Assembly (NCBI GenBank): GCA_030704615.1
Contig: CM060732.1
Coordinates: forward strand, 25,234,001 to 25,298,000
Length of the DNA: 64,000 bases
Source of the DNA: Takakia lepidozioides
Taxonomy: Eukaryota > Plantae > Bryophyta
Direction: 5' to 3'
Shown: positions 10,086 to 21,977 of the stretch, one piece after another
Position numbering within the stretch: the first letter of the stretch is position 1
How the letters are laid out: every line of letters starts with the position of its first letter
Made by a program: the position numbers and the translations under genes
The notes under the pieces: generated by a model
The model's input: the letters and a program-made list of their open reading frames with translations, nothing else
What the model was told of the DNA's origin: nothing
Database searches by the model: none

Positions 10086-11764
10086 CTATTGGAGACCATG
10101 AACTAGAGCTGCACCTACTGCCAACGCAACTACCAATGCCAAAACTACAGGGAGAGGGGTGGACCCTCCCACAGCTCTACCAGTCTCAGGATTATATCCT
10201 GCAAAGCGCTTCTTTGGTGTTTGGCACTGGGGACGCTTGAACGTATCCAGCTGCATAAACAAGCAAGAATATTAGGATTAAGCCACAGCATCAAACTTGT
10301 CACCTTTACATTTTCAATTTGGTGTATGAGATCACTTCACTTCGTTGCCAGGAAAAAGCTTCCTTCCGAGCGGGACCAGAGTTGTTCCTCACGTTCCTCA
10401 AATTTGCAAACCTTGTAAAGTGCACGGGAAAAGGGTGGAACATACCTGCTCTTCAAAAGGTTTGGACGTAGCCACAATCCAGGCATACGTGGGTAGCGCG
10501 TGCCTGCAAACATGAACAATACACCCAAACAAACTCTAAGGATTTCGAAGGGCAAAAGCAACTCCTGGAATACCAAGTACCTAGTGACAAAGTCCATTTC
10601 TCTTGCTATCAGTTCACTTAATATAGGCACTTAGCGATATTGTTTTGACGGGGATGGCTTTGGTGGACAGCTTTCATGCATGTCAATCCATGTGCAAGCA
10701 ACATTCGCAACTCTTACACCTCCCAAAATATGCCATAGTCGCCCACAATTCCAAGAAATGCATTCAAGCATCAGCCGAGTTAGTTTATTCACCTTTTGGG
10801 CTCAGTGAGCTTCCTCCCAAACCGAGGAGGGGCAGGCCGCTTTGGCAGTCTCTTCACATCCACATCCGCACCTCTGTAGGATATAAGCAGGGTTCCAACA
10901 TTACTGAACACCAGTGATTCCAACCCGGTGGCCATGTCCACACGTATGCATATTACGAAATAACTGCCATATAGACATAACACAAATCGACATTTGGCTG
11001 AGCTTCCAGCTTGTGATTGGAGATGGAATGCACTCTGCAACTAGACTGCAGGGACCAAGACACCAAGATTTTCTATCACAAAAATAATCAATACTGTGGC
11101 ATGAGTCGATGGGACAAAGAAGAGCCCTGTACAGCAATCTCGTTGTTCATTGGAGATTTCAAATGGAGAGTTGTGCCCTGGGATTTATCACTGTTGGTGG
11201 CACTACTTGCCGGCTCACGACAAAGTAGACAGAGTCAGGTTTTGCATTGATGGCAGTCTATGTGAAGCCAAGTTTATCAGCTGGCCATAGCTCGTCACCC
11301 AAAAAGCTGCTGGTGTAGATGACATGGTCCCCCATTTTTAGGCCTGCCTTGGCTGCATTCCCTCTTGCTTCCACCCCCTGGACATCTGCTACATAATCTC
11401 ACTGATGTTGACAGGAGATTGCCTCCATCCTGATAGTGCCTGGTGATCACATTTTGCAGTAAGGCTCCCATTCTCGACTCATTAGAACTTCTATGGAGGA
11501 ATTGACTTGCAGTACCAATTGGTGTGCGTCTGCCTCAGGGGATAGCCACAAAAAAATTCTACACAGAAACTTTTGTTTGATAACACAAATCTGTAACTGT
11601 AATGTCCGGTAATAGCAATACAAGTTGCTTATCGCTGGAATGCAGCACAAACTCAAAATCAAAATTGATGATAACACGTCCACCAGGACTTTGAAGAGTA
11701 AGACCCAAGGGTTGTCCACTGCAGTTTCATATGTCTTCGATGCACCTGCTGTTTTGGCTCTCAC
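10086..11764 (-). pseudogene. ENH1: PDZ + rubredoxin chloroplast protein (ENH1-like), disrupted
   Basis: Exons VRAKTAGASKTYETAVD/PLGLTL, GNAAKAGLKMGDHVIYTSSFLGDELWPADKLGFT*TAINAKPDSVYFVVSR, GADVDVKRLPKRPAPPRFGRKLTE, ARATHVCLDCGY.. and ..PQCQTPKKRFAGYNPETGRAVGG...HGLQ*. Disrupted by an in-frame TAG, deletions and an insertion. Confidence 0.88.
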
Positions 11765-12129
11765 CTGTGAAGAAGTACAGATTTGCACATGCCGATAATA
11801 AATCTTCTGTAGATTTACCAGTTTACAGCCCCACTACACGCTCATCATCCGGAAGTTGTGGGGCAAGTATGAGAGATACAAATGAAATGAAATGGTACTT
11901 TATAACGTCTAGATATGTAGATATGTCTATATGTGTCAAAATAAACCAGTAAATATGTTGGCTCTGTATATAGTATACCAATACGGTGTATCTTTCTAAA
12001 TAATAAAAGCGTTATTGCGCTACAAGAGCCGTGTCTCGTTTCTCAGCCTTAATGGCCTTCTGAAAGGTTATTTATAAAGTTTCTCTTTTGAAAAAAATTA
12101 TTGCACCATGAGTGGGTACAATTTGGTTG

Positions 12130-12290
12130 GGTCGTGCACCGAGTGCTACACAAGAGATTATGGGTTCAAATCTTGCTACCTTGTGTGGTGTGGTATTGTC
12201 TTCTCCAATTAGCCTTGACGAGGTTACTTTGAACGAGGTTATTCCTCTCACTATATGCCTGATTTGTGAGCAGTCTGTCCCTACATAATA
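12130..12290 (+). mobile_element. Degenerate tRNA-derived SINE-like dispersed repeat
   Basis: B-box-like GGTTCAAATC followed by TTGCTACCTTG..GTGTGGTAT..CCTCTCACTAT..GCCTGATTTGTGAGC. Related copies at ~23170-23315 (+) and ~54060-54180 (-). Confidence 0.5.
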
Positions 12291-13116
12291 CCGTACTTGC
12301 CCATGCTATTCGTCAGGGCTCTGCTGGAATAATTAATTTTTCCTGAAGAGAGGCTCGGCAGTCTTTTTGGAATTTCTGCAGTTCCGACAGTTATCATTAT
12401 TCTAGCGACGATCGAAGGTCGGAAGCTAGTTTAGCGTAGAGCAAGAATAGGGTGCCAAAGTGCCACGTCATCGTTGCCACGTTTCGTCGTCAAATTCTGT
12501 CGAGTCTGCCCTGATTGCCCGTGCGAAAAACCCCAAAGCGCCAAGTTGTTTTGGAATTGCCCGGACTGCCCGGTTCTTGAAGTTCTTGAACTGCAGGAGC
12601 TCTCGTTTTCCGCCATCGTGCACCTTGCAAGCTCTCAAATAGTCTCGCTGCTCAATGCAAATCGTGGCCTTTCCCTCATTCGATCAGCTTCGGTTTTCTT
12701 GCAAAGGCTCCGCAGATCACATCATTTTGCTTGCTTAGGCTTGTGAACGTGTTTTGGTCGTGACAGCACATCATCAATCATGATGGTAAGGTTGTTTGCT
12801 TTTGGGCCCTTTTCCAAGCATTGAATAGCTTCTGTGAGGCAGAGAAAGTTTGGGGTAAGGAATCAACAAGAAGTGATACAAAGTATGCTGATCAGCATAA
12901 CAATGTTTTTATGATGGAATGAGATGTTTCTGAAACTCAACAATGGTTCTCACAGACACATTCAAGGATAAAAAACTAACTGAGCATTGAGACGGGGAAC
13001 TTTGAAGGCAGTGGAGATTACTGAAACCACCAGAAGGAGAAAGAGGCTTAAATGGATACTACAGACATGTCTTCCTTCAAAATATGACTTGCTAAAGAGT
13101 GTGTTTTGAATTGGCA

Positions 13117-13919
13117 GTACGGGTGAGAGATCATGTCACCTCCCGTCTGATAGGGCACAATCAGGAGGTGTGTGGCCTCAAGTGGTCACCGTCAGGCCAA
13201 CAGCTAACAAGTGGAGGCAATGACAACTTGCTCCACATTTGGGATGCAGCTGTCACATCATCATCACCTGAGTCAGCAGTCTATCTACACAGGCTGGACG
13301 ACCACCAAGCAGCTGTGAAAGCACTTGCCTGGTGCCCCTTCCAGGCCAACTTTCTCGCGTCTGGAGGGGGTACTGCTGATCGCTGTATTAAATTTTGGAA
13401 CACGTAGACATGTGCCTGTATCAACAGTGTCGACACTCATTCCCAGGTTGATGGTTTGCCGATGAGATCGATACTTCCTTGAAGAATAGTAAAAAAATCT
13501 GGCTTACATTGTACGATGTGATATCATTAATTCCACTGTCCCATTTCTCGTGTAATGAGAAAGTTTTTAGTGCACCGAATGTAGTTTCTTATGACTGAAA
13601 ATGAGATGTTTGAAAAACTGTATCATATATGTTCCTCTAAATTTAGTTGGTGATATCTGAACTTTTCAGAACTGCATGGGCAAGTTAGGATGGCATATGT
13701 GAAGATGTTCTGCATCACACAAGGTTTCACTATTATTGATCTAGGTCTGGTGGTCAAACATTGGGTTGTGCACTCAGGTGTGTACTCTGCAATGGAACCG
13801 GCATCAAAAGGAGATACTGAGCAGCCATGGGTTCAGCCAGAATCAACTGTGCTTGCGGAAGTATCCATCTATGGCCAAAATTGCTGAACTCACTGGTCAC
13901 ACTGCTCCATCTTGCCCAG
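13117..13919 (+). pseudogene. CDC20: CDC20/Fizzy WD40 internal two-exon fragment
   Basis: [31 protein letters not shown]...[47 protein letters not shown], then an intron, then [48 protein letters not shown]. Contains a premature stop and a frameshifting deletion, and both termini are missing. Confidence 0.9.
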
Positions 13920-14190
13920 GTTTTAAGACTTCTTTCTGTTGACATTCTAGTGTTTCCAAAGATGACAATTTGCAGAATTTCATTTCATATTACACTTACG
14001 TTTGTACTACTCTAGGGTTCAGAGGAGCCGTGTTGCAGCTCTGGCTCGAAAATGCACATGTGGATCCATAATGCCACTGACCGTCCAACATCGTCATTGC
14101 CATCGTTTGTTGAAATTGAGTGAATTACTTTTATGTTTGTGACTTTCTCATGATTTTAGTGCTGTAATTTGTGTAGAGCCCTGATGGAAC

Positions 14191-15110
14191 AATGGTTACC
14201 AGATGTCATTCTGAAGGCTGCAGACACAAGCTGCACACACAAGAGGTTCTTTAGGGTTGATGTTTGGTGAAATCCTCCATGGGTCATGACACAAGGTCAA
14301 GGACAATGTGGTGAGTGCACCTTCTTCTTCAACCTATTTCTGTCTGTTTTACCCTCTCATATTGAACTCTGTAAGTTAGCTCGTTGGGTGGATCTGTGGT
14401 GGTTAGGAGTGACTTTGACAAGTTACTGCTGATGTGGCAGCAGGAAAGTATCCAAAAACAGGTAAACAGAGATGAGGAGAAGTTGTGGTATGAATACTTT
14501 TCTGACCCCAGCCAATGGTGGGACAAACGAGGCAAAAAGGTGAATGCCTACAGATTACCAGATGTTATTCTGAAGGCTTCAGGCACAAGCTGCACACACA
14601 CAAGGTCCTTTAGGGTTGATGTTCGGTCACATCCTCCATGGGTCATGACAGAAGGTCAAGGACAATTTGGTGAGGGCACCTTCTTCAACAACCTATTTCT
14701 GTCTGTTTTACCCTGTCATCAGATTCGGCCCTAAGATGTATATTGAACTCTGTAAGTTAGCTCGTTGGGTGGATCTGTGGTGGTTAGGAGTGACTTTGAC
14801 AAGTTACTGCCGATGTGGCAGCAGGAAAGTAACCAAAAACAGATAACATGGATGAGGAGAAGGCACCTTCTTTACACATTTCACCCTGTTTTCCCCTCTT
14901 ATCAGAATCTGCCCTAAATTTCCATGTTGAATTCTGCATGTTAGTTGGTTGAGTGAACCTTTGGTAGTTTGGAGTGACTTTGACATGATACAGCCTATGT
15001 GACAACAGGAAAGTATCCAAATTAAAGGAGAAGCTGTGGTATCAATACTTTTCTGTAAGTTAGCTCGTTGGGTGGATCTGTGGTGGTTATGATGCCTTGG
15101 ATGTGGCAAA
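14191..15110 (+). repeat. Degenerate ~360-380-bp tandem duplications containing an OSB-type PDF-like motif
   Basis: Block TTACCAGATG...TATTGAACTCTGTAAGTTAGCTCGTTGGGTGGATCTGTGGTGG repeats at ~14196 and ~14555, with a partial copy at ~14870-15090. It encodes LWYEYFSDPSQWWDKRGKKVN..PD...HPPWV. Confidence 0.75.
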
Positions 15111-15236
15111 CAAGATAGGTATCATCTAGAATGGTTCTTCTTGTTTGGAACTGGGTTGGTTTGAGAATGTCCGAACAACAGTTAGGCATAAAACCCTGAA
15201 CTCATTTCCGGTTTGTGACATGGATGAGTGAAGGGC

Positions 15237-17243
15237 AGCCTTGCGTGTGCAAACCTGGGAGCCCTGGAAAAGGAGAAAGAGGTCCATGATGAGATCGTCA
15301 GAGCTGGAATTGTAGCAAATGTCATTCTGAACACTGCCCTAGTGCACATGTATGCAAAATGTGGGTGCATCTAGGATGCAAAGGGAGTGTTCGACACTAT
15401 GGCTGAACGAGATGTGGTGTCGTGGAGTGCGATGCTTGCAGGGTATGCATAGCAGGGACGTGGGATGGAGGCTTTGGAGACCTATGAGCAAATGATGGGG
15501 GAAGCACATCATGTTTGTGTGCATTTGCAATGCTTGTGCAAGCCTGGCAGCCCTGGAGAAGGGCAAAGAGGTGCATGGGGATATCATCAAAGCTGGAATT
15601 GTACCAAACGTCATTCTGAACATTGCCCTGGCAGCTCTGGAAAAGGGGAAAGAGGTCCATGGCGGCATCTTCAGAGCTGGAATGGTACCAGATTTCATTC
15701 TGAACAATACCCTGGTGGACATATTTGCAAAATGTGGGTGCATCTAGGACGCAATGGGAGTGTTCAACACTATGGCTGAACAAGATGTGGCGTCGTGCAA
15801 GCCTAGCAGCCCTAGAGAAGGGCAAAGAGGTGCATGGGGATATCTTCAAAGCTGGAATTGTACGAAATGTCATTCTAAACACTGCCCTGGCAGCTCTGGA
15901 AAAGGAGAAAGAGGTCCATGGCGACATCTTCAGAGCTGGAATTGTACCAGCTGTCATTCTGAACAATACCCTGGTGGACATGTTTGCAAAATGTGGGTGC
16001 ATCTAGGATGCAAAGGGAGTGTTCGACACTATGGCTGAACGAGGTGTGGTGTCGTGGAGTGCGGTGCTTGCAGGGTATGCACAGCAGGGACGTGGGATGG
16101 AGGCTTTGGAGACCTATGAGCAAATGATGTGCGACGGGGTGAAGCCCGACCACATCACGTTTGTGTGCGTTTGAAGTGCGCGTGCAAGCCTGGCAGCCCT
16201 GGAAAAGGGCGAAGAGGTGCATGGCGACATCGTCAGAGCTGGAATTGTACCAGAGTGATCCTGAACTCTGCCCTGGTGGACATGTATGCCAAATGTGGGT
16301 GCATGGAGGATGCAAGGGGAGTGTTCGACAATATGGCTGAATGAGATGTGGTGTCGTGGAATGCAATGATCGCAGGATATGCACATCATGGTTGTCATAG
16401 GGAGGTCCTGCAACTATTTGAAGGAATGCAAAAGAACGGCTTGAAGCAGTATGCGTTCTCTCTGCACGCAACCACAGTGGCCTTCTGAATGAAGGAAGAC
16501 GCTACTTCGATTCCCTGATTCAAGATCATGGTGTCACTCCGACAGTATAGCACTTTGGCTGCATGGTGGACCTTCTTGGACGTGCGGGACAACTGGATGA
16601 GGCAGTGGGCCTGATTAATAAAATGCCAATCAATCCAGATGTTGTGGTGTGGAAGGCCTTGTTCAGTGCCTGCAGAATCCATGACAATGTAGAGATGGCT
16701 GAACATGCGGCAACATCTATCCTCAAGTGGAATGAACAGGATGCCGCGACTTATGTAGCTATCAAACATCTATGCTGCAGCTGGCAGGTGGGTTGATACT
16801 GTAAAGGTGAGAAGAATGATGAAGGTCAGAGGGGTTGAAAAGGAGTCAGGTCGCTGCTGCATTGAGGTTTGCAACAGGGTGCACACCTTCGTTGTAGATG
16901 ACAAGTTGCATCCCAGAATTAAGGAAATCCATGCTGAGCTGTCTGGGAAGATGAAGGAGGCGGGGTATGTGCCTGACAGGCGCTTTGTATTGCATGATGT
17001 GGGGAGGAGGAAAAGGAATTTTCTCTTTGCCACCACAGTGAGAAGCTGGCCATTGGTTTTGGGCTGATCAGTATGACCCCTAGGGCGCCTCTCCGTCTCA
17101 TCAAGAATCTTTGAGTGTGTGGTGACTGCCACACCTCCACCAAATTCATCTCAAAGATTGTTGGCCAAGCAATTGTTGTACAAGACGCTAACCGCTTTCA
17201 CCACTTTGAAGATGGGATTTGTTCTTATGGTGATTACTGGTGA
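15237..17243 (+). pseudogene. PLS-class PPR protein with E/E+/DYW domain, pseudogene copy 1
   Basis: Repeated CASLAALEKGKEVHGDI..AGIVP.VILN.ALVDMYAKCG..DA.GVFD.MAERDVVSW.AM.AGYA units. These are followed by [35 protein letters not shown] and ...GDYW* (stop 17241-17243). Numerous stops and frameshifts. Confidence 0.93.
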
Positions 17244-17304
17244 AATGATGTCTTCTTGGAAAGATGCGAGTGTCTTGCAAAAAGGTGAATGCCTGTCAGA
17301 TTAC

Positions 17305-18805
17305 CTGTCATTCTGAACACTATGGCTAAACGAGATGTGGTGTCGTGGATTGTGATGTTTGCAGGGTATGCACAGCGGAGGTGCGGGATGGAGGCTTTGG
17401 AGACCTATGAGCAAATGATGGGGGAAGGGGTGAAACCGCCCACATAACGTTTTTGTGCGTTTTTGTGCGTGTGCAAGCCTGGCAGCCTGGAAAAGTGCAA
17501 AGAGGTCCATGGTTGCATCGTCAAATCTGGAATTGTACCCGGTGTCATGCTGAACACTGCCCTGGTGGACATGTATGTCAAATGTGGGTGCATTAAGGAT
17601 GCCAAGGGAGTGTTTGACAGTATGGCTGCACGAGATGTGGTGTTGTGGAGTGCGATGATTGCATGATATGCACAGCAAGGGTGCGGGATGGAGGCTTTGT
17701 AGACCTATAAGCAAATGATGTGCGGAGGGGTGAAGCCCAACCACATCACATTTGTTTGTGTTTGCAGTGTGTGCAAGCCTGGCAGCTCTGGAAAAGGGGA
17801 AAGAGGTCCATGGCGACATCTTCAAAGTTGGAATTGTACCAGATGTCATCCTGAACACTGCCCTGCCAAATGTGGGTGCATTAAGGATGCGAAGGGAGTT
17901 TTCAAGACTATGGCTGAACGAGATGTGGTGTCATGGAACTCAATGCTTGCAGGGTATGCATAACAGGGGCGCGGGATGGAGGCCTTGGAATGATTTGTGA
18001 AGGGGTGAAGCCCGACCACTTCACGTTTGTGTGCGTGTGCAAGCCTGGCTGCCCTGGAAAAGGGCAAAGAGGTGCATGATTGCATTGCCAAAACTGGAAT
18101 TGTAGCAGATGTGATTCTGAACAATACCCTCGTAGACATGTATGCCTTTGGTCGAACTTGGGTACATGAAAGTACAGTGAAAAAGTTCACTGACTCCATT
18201 TCTCTGCTGAAGCTGGTGTGACTGACTGGAAACTCCAAAGACCAATCATGTTTGTATTACAGATTTGATATTCTGGGTGTCAGTACATTGAATGAAAACA
18301 TCAGTTTAACCCTCGTAGGTGTCGCAAATGTTGTGAACAAGAGAGCTGGACACAGTACTTTTCTCAAAGATAAGCTATATCAAATAAACTATATCAAATA
18401 TCTATGCTGCAGCTGGCAGGTGGGATGATACTGCAAAGGTGAGAAGAATGATGAAGGTCAGAGGGGTTAGAAAGGAGCCAGATGACAAGTTGCATCCCAG
18501 AATTAAGGAAATCCATGCTGAGCTGAGAAGATTGTCTGGGTGGATGAAGGAGGCGGGGTATGTGCCTGACACACCCTTTTTACTGCATGATGTGGAGGAC
18601 AGGAATTTTCTCTTTGCCACCACAGTGAGAAGTTGGCCATTGGGCTGATCAACACGACTCATCAAGAATCTTCGAGTGTGTGGAGACTGCCACACCTCCA
18701 CCAAATTCATCTCAAAGATTGTTGGCCGAGCAATTGTTGTATGGGACGCTAACTACTTTCCACCACTTTGAAGATGGGATTTGTTCTTGTGGTGATTACT
18801 GGTGA
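17305..18805 (+). pseudogene. PLS-class PPR-DYW pseudogene copy 2 (internally deleted)
   Basis: Same PLS units at 17305-18150, unrelated sequence at ~18150-18400, then a DYW domain [23 protein letters not shown] (stop 18803-18805). The 3' flank is similar to that of copy 1. Confidence 0.9.
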
Positions 18806-19732
18806 AAGGATGTTTTCTTGGAAAGATGCTAGTGTCTTGCTTCATTCATTGATCTGTGTAGCTACTCAGACCATCCACCATTTCCTGATAGTGGGGTCTA
18901 CCCAGCATAGGTGGGAAGTCAGCCCATAATTGCACTTGACTGAAGGGGTGATTTTTTACTGATTCTGGTGCTGTCCTAATTCTGGGTTTGGGTGGTGGAG
19001 CTTCTCCAAAGCTTGAAGATGGAAGTGAATACAAATTTTAATGAGCTTGATGAGAGGGGTAGCCCTGCGCACAAGTTTGTTCAACATCTTAAATTTGGAC
19101 ATGTTTGTTTGTTTCTCGTGGTGTGGCTTTGGATGGAGCCCTTGATGAACTTGCATGAATATTGTCAAAAGCTAGCCTTAACCCACCAAGATCCAATCCC
19201 ATGGTGGATGCTTGAAAGTTCATACAATGAATGTAAGGGTATTTGGGTATGTTGTTATTGATTGATGCGGTTTGTGAAAATTGAATGTTGAAATGCAGAT
19301 CCGCCATTTTTCTTCCAGAAAAAAACAAAACACGGGATCTCTGGATGTAACACCGTGGGGATGACCCACCCCTTTTTTTTGTGAAAAATTGAACATAGTT
19401 CTCAGAATTCGTCACTAGTAGTGTGGAGCAACGCGAAGCCCTAGTATAATATAAAGTCTAACAAATCTATATGTGTGTGAGTAGCTCAGTGGTAGCACTT
19501 AGTAGTGCGGAGCAATGGGCAAGCCTAGTAATATACAAGTCTAACAAATACGTTTGTGTGTGAGTAGCTCAGTGGTAGCATGCAAGGATCTACAGGAGCA
19601 GGTGTGGAGTTCGAATTATTGGAAATTCTGGCACAAGGAGAGTAATAATTAAGTTTTTCTAATAGCACGTTTTTTGGTTTAATCATCGTCGAGTCGAAGC
19701 GTACATAGGTATGGTACATATATAGATATATA

Positions 19733-19880
19733 CTAGGACAGAGCCCCTTGCAATGCATTGGCAACAATTCGCCAAATTCGTTTCACGTCTCTCCTTTCGC
19801 TTGTATTCCTTCCTCTTGCCATATTCTCAAGATCCAACACATTGAATCAAAAGAGCCAAGAAACACTGGAATAATATAGA
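19733..19880 (-). mobile_element. Possible mini-Helitron
   Basis: The minus strand starts A|TCTATATTATTCC (19880) and ends with hairpin-like CCAATGCATTGCAAGGGGC..CTAG|T (19733). Confidence 0.4.
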
Positions 19881-20288
19881 TTATATATATATATATATAT
19901 ATGTATATGAAACCGTGACAGGATGAAAACGTGTCATTTTTTTTCGCAAGCAGCCGACAATGTTCATTTAACATAATAGATATATATTCTAAATTCATTT
20001 CATATTATAATGTATATGGTCATCTTAAAATGATCTTAATGGTATGAAGAAAACATTATTATTACTATGTGTGTCTAACATGTCCAAATTTTATTTTCTT
20101 AATGGACTCCTGAGGTGAGGCAAATAGGCTAGGCAGGGTGGGCACTGGGATGGGGTATGAATGTGAGCAGGGAGATATTGCAGGGCTAGGCAGCGCCGGT
20201 CCCTGCTTTCGGGTGATTGTGCCTGTGTGAATGCAAACAGCTACTCAGATGATCTTGAGCGTCACGCACTGACAGGAAGGTTTGAGAT

Positions 20289-20644
20289 GGTGGGACAAAG
20301 ATAATAAAATTATCCGTTAAGTCCAGGGGATGGAGGGTGAGTTCATCCAGTTTGGTCAAAAGATAGGGTGAACGTCTATGAAGTGGGCCCACAAAGTACA
20401 AGCCAAATAAACAAGGGGCCAAACTCAAAATAGCAGGAAAAACCAGCGCCGCGCGGCCCCCGCCTTGGGACATTGGATAAACCTGACGCGGGGCCTACGC
20501 TCCCATCATGTTGACCCTTCCCACATTTCCATCTCGCACAAGGCCGTGCTACATGCAGGTCACTTTGTTCTACTCGTGCCCAGTTTACTTACTGGACTCC
20601 TGCCCATTTTATTGGACTTAACAGATAGGCTCAAATTGCCCACC
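20289..20644. mobile_element. Possible MITE with imperfect terminal inverted repeats
   Basis: GGTGGGAC..TATCCGTTAAGTCCA (20289-20325) versus TGGACTTAACAGATA..TGCCCACC (20612-20644). Confidence 0.35.
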
Positions 20645-20940
20645 AAAGCCGCATGTGGGAATGGATCAGAGGGTCAAAGTTAGCAGAGAACTTTAATGCC
20701 TTCCTCCAATCTTGTTTGTCCAACCTTTCGCTTGTTGAGCGGATCTCCATACGTCTTCTTTGTTCCCAGGCCATGTGCATTGTAGCACGAGATGGTACAC
20801 ATCCCTGCCAGTGTTGGGTGGGTATGTCACCAAGGCCGCTACCACACTACTCCCCTTGTATGGAGAAAAACAATTTGCTTTCCCTATAACATTAGGTTAG
20901 TTATCCGGAAGTCATTGCTAGTAATGCGGAGCAACACATA

Positions 20941-21963
20941 CCATCCCTGGACAACTGATTAGGCAATAATTAATTCAAAATAAAAGGGCCTAACGAATTC
21001 TGTGAATTTTTCAGATTTAAGCCTAATTTCGGGAAATTATGGGACCAAAGTGCCTAGTGCCCAAAAATTCCACCAAAAAAACTTGCAAGCCTCTTCTCAT
21101 GTTGTTTGTAATAAGATCAAAATTTCTTTGAACAAAAATCAATACAAATATATGCGTGCGAAAATAACTTCCTACAAATCGCAATCTATTTCCGAGAGCT
21201 CCATGTAACTTCGAAAAGCCCTTGCATGGACTCGACAATGTCATCATACTCAACATCCTCGCTAATTGTCATCATCTCTCCATCTACTTCGTCCACCACA
21301 TTGAGATGGGGGATATCCTCATTTTCAATGTGCAGATTTGCAAGACATCTACACATAGTTTCCTCTACTCTAAGGTCAAGGTAGATATCAGGGATACCCC
21401 TGAGTGATTTGAGCATTCCCGTCCACCAAATCATCATTCACTGCAAACAAATTGGTTACAAAATTTGCTCGCATTGCTTCTCCCTGGAAAGTGTGCTCAA
21501 AAGCCCGTAAAATCCCACATTGTTCCCACCCAAAGACAATCATGTCTGTATGCAAACCCAAGCCTCCCATATCCAAATTGCTACATGTTCACGCATGGAA
21601 GGCAAGTCCGTCTTCACCTCTACCTCTTTAGCGGGCACACCTGCTTCCGATTGCGATTGGATTTCACGTGATGACCATGTCTTGAATAGTGCAGCAAAAG
21701 CACACTTGAGAGGTCGTTGCAAGATCACATTGGGCAGGCTGTAGCTTGGAAATGCAATTGGAAGGGCCCATGGGCATTGGGTGTCTATTTTTGTAATTTT
21801 ATTCTTAAGAAAATAGATGTTTTCTCTTCTCATGTGCCTAACTCTAAAAAATTGTAGCATGCAATGCCTAATTTGAGAACCTGTTTTCAAAACATGCCTA
21901 ATTTTCTGATTGATTGATTTTGGATTTAGGCGCAAAAATGCCTAATCCGTTGTCAAGGGACGG
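20941..21963. mobile_element. Non-autonomous TIR DNA transposon, TA target duplication
   Basis: TA|CCATCCCTGGACAACTGATTAGGCA ... TGCCTAATCCGTTGTCAAGGGACGG|TA, with subterminal TGCCTAA repeats. A minus-strand coding remnant IPDIYLDLRVEETMCRCLANLHIENEDIPHLN lies inside. Confidence 0.8.
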
Positions 21964-21977
21964 TAGACATTGCCTCT

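Larger units (their letters stand above)
19415..21975 (+). mobile_element. Head-to-tail non-autonomous Helitron-like remnants with nested insertions
   Basis: Helitron-type 3' ends G(C/T)GGAGCAA..AAGCC(C)CTAG|T at 19441-19444 and 19525-19528, each followed by the same 5' block TA..ATA.AAGTCTAACAAAT..GTGTGTGAGTAGCTCAGTGGTAGCA. A third 3' end (GCGGAGCAACACATA|GACATTGCC) is split by the 20941-21963 element. Confidence 0.55.

Noticed and set aside
15237-18805. In-frame stops rescued by U-to-C RNA editing, or a U-to-C-type (KP) DYW variant
   Set aside because: The locus is nuclear, where such editing is not established. Frameshifts and deletions are also present, and the domains retain canonical HSE and DYW residues.
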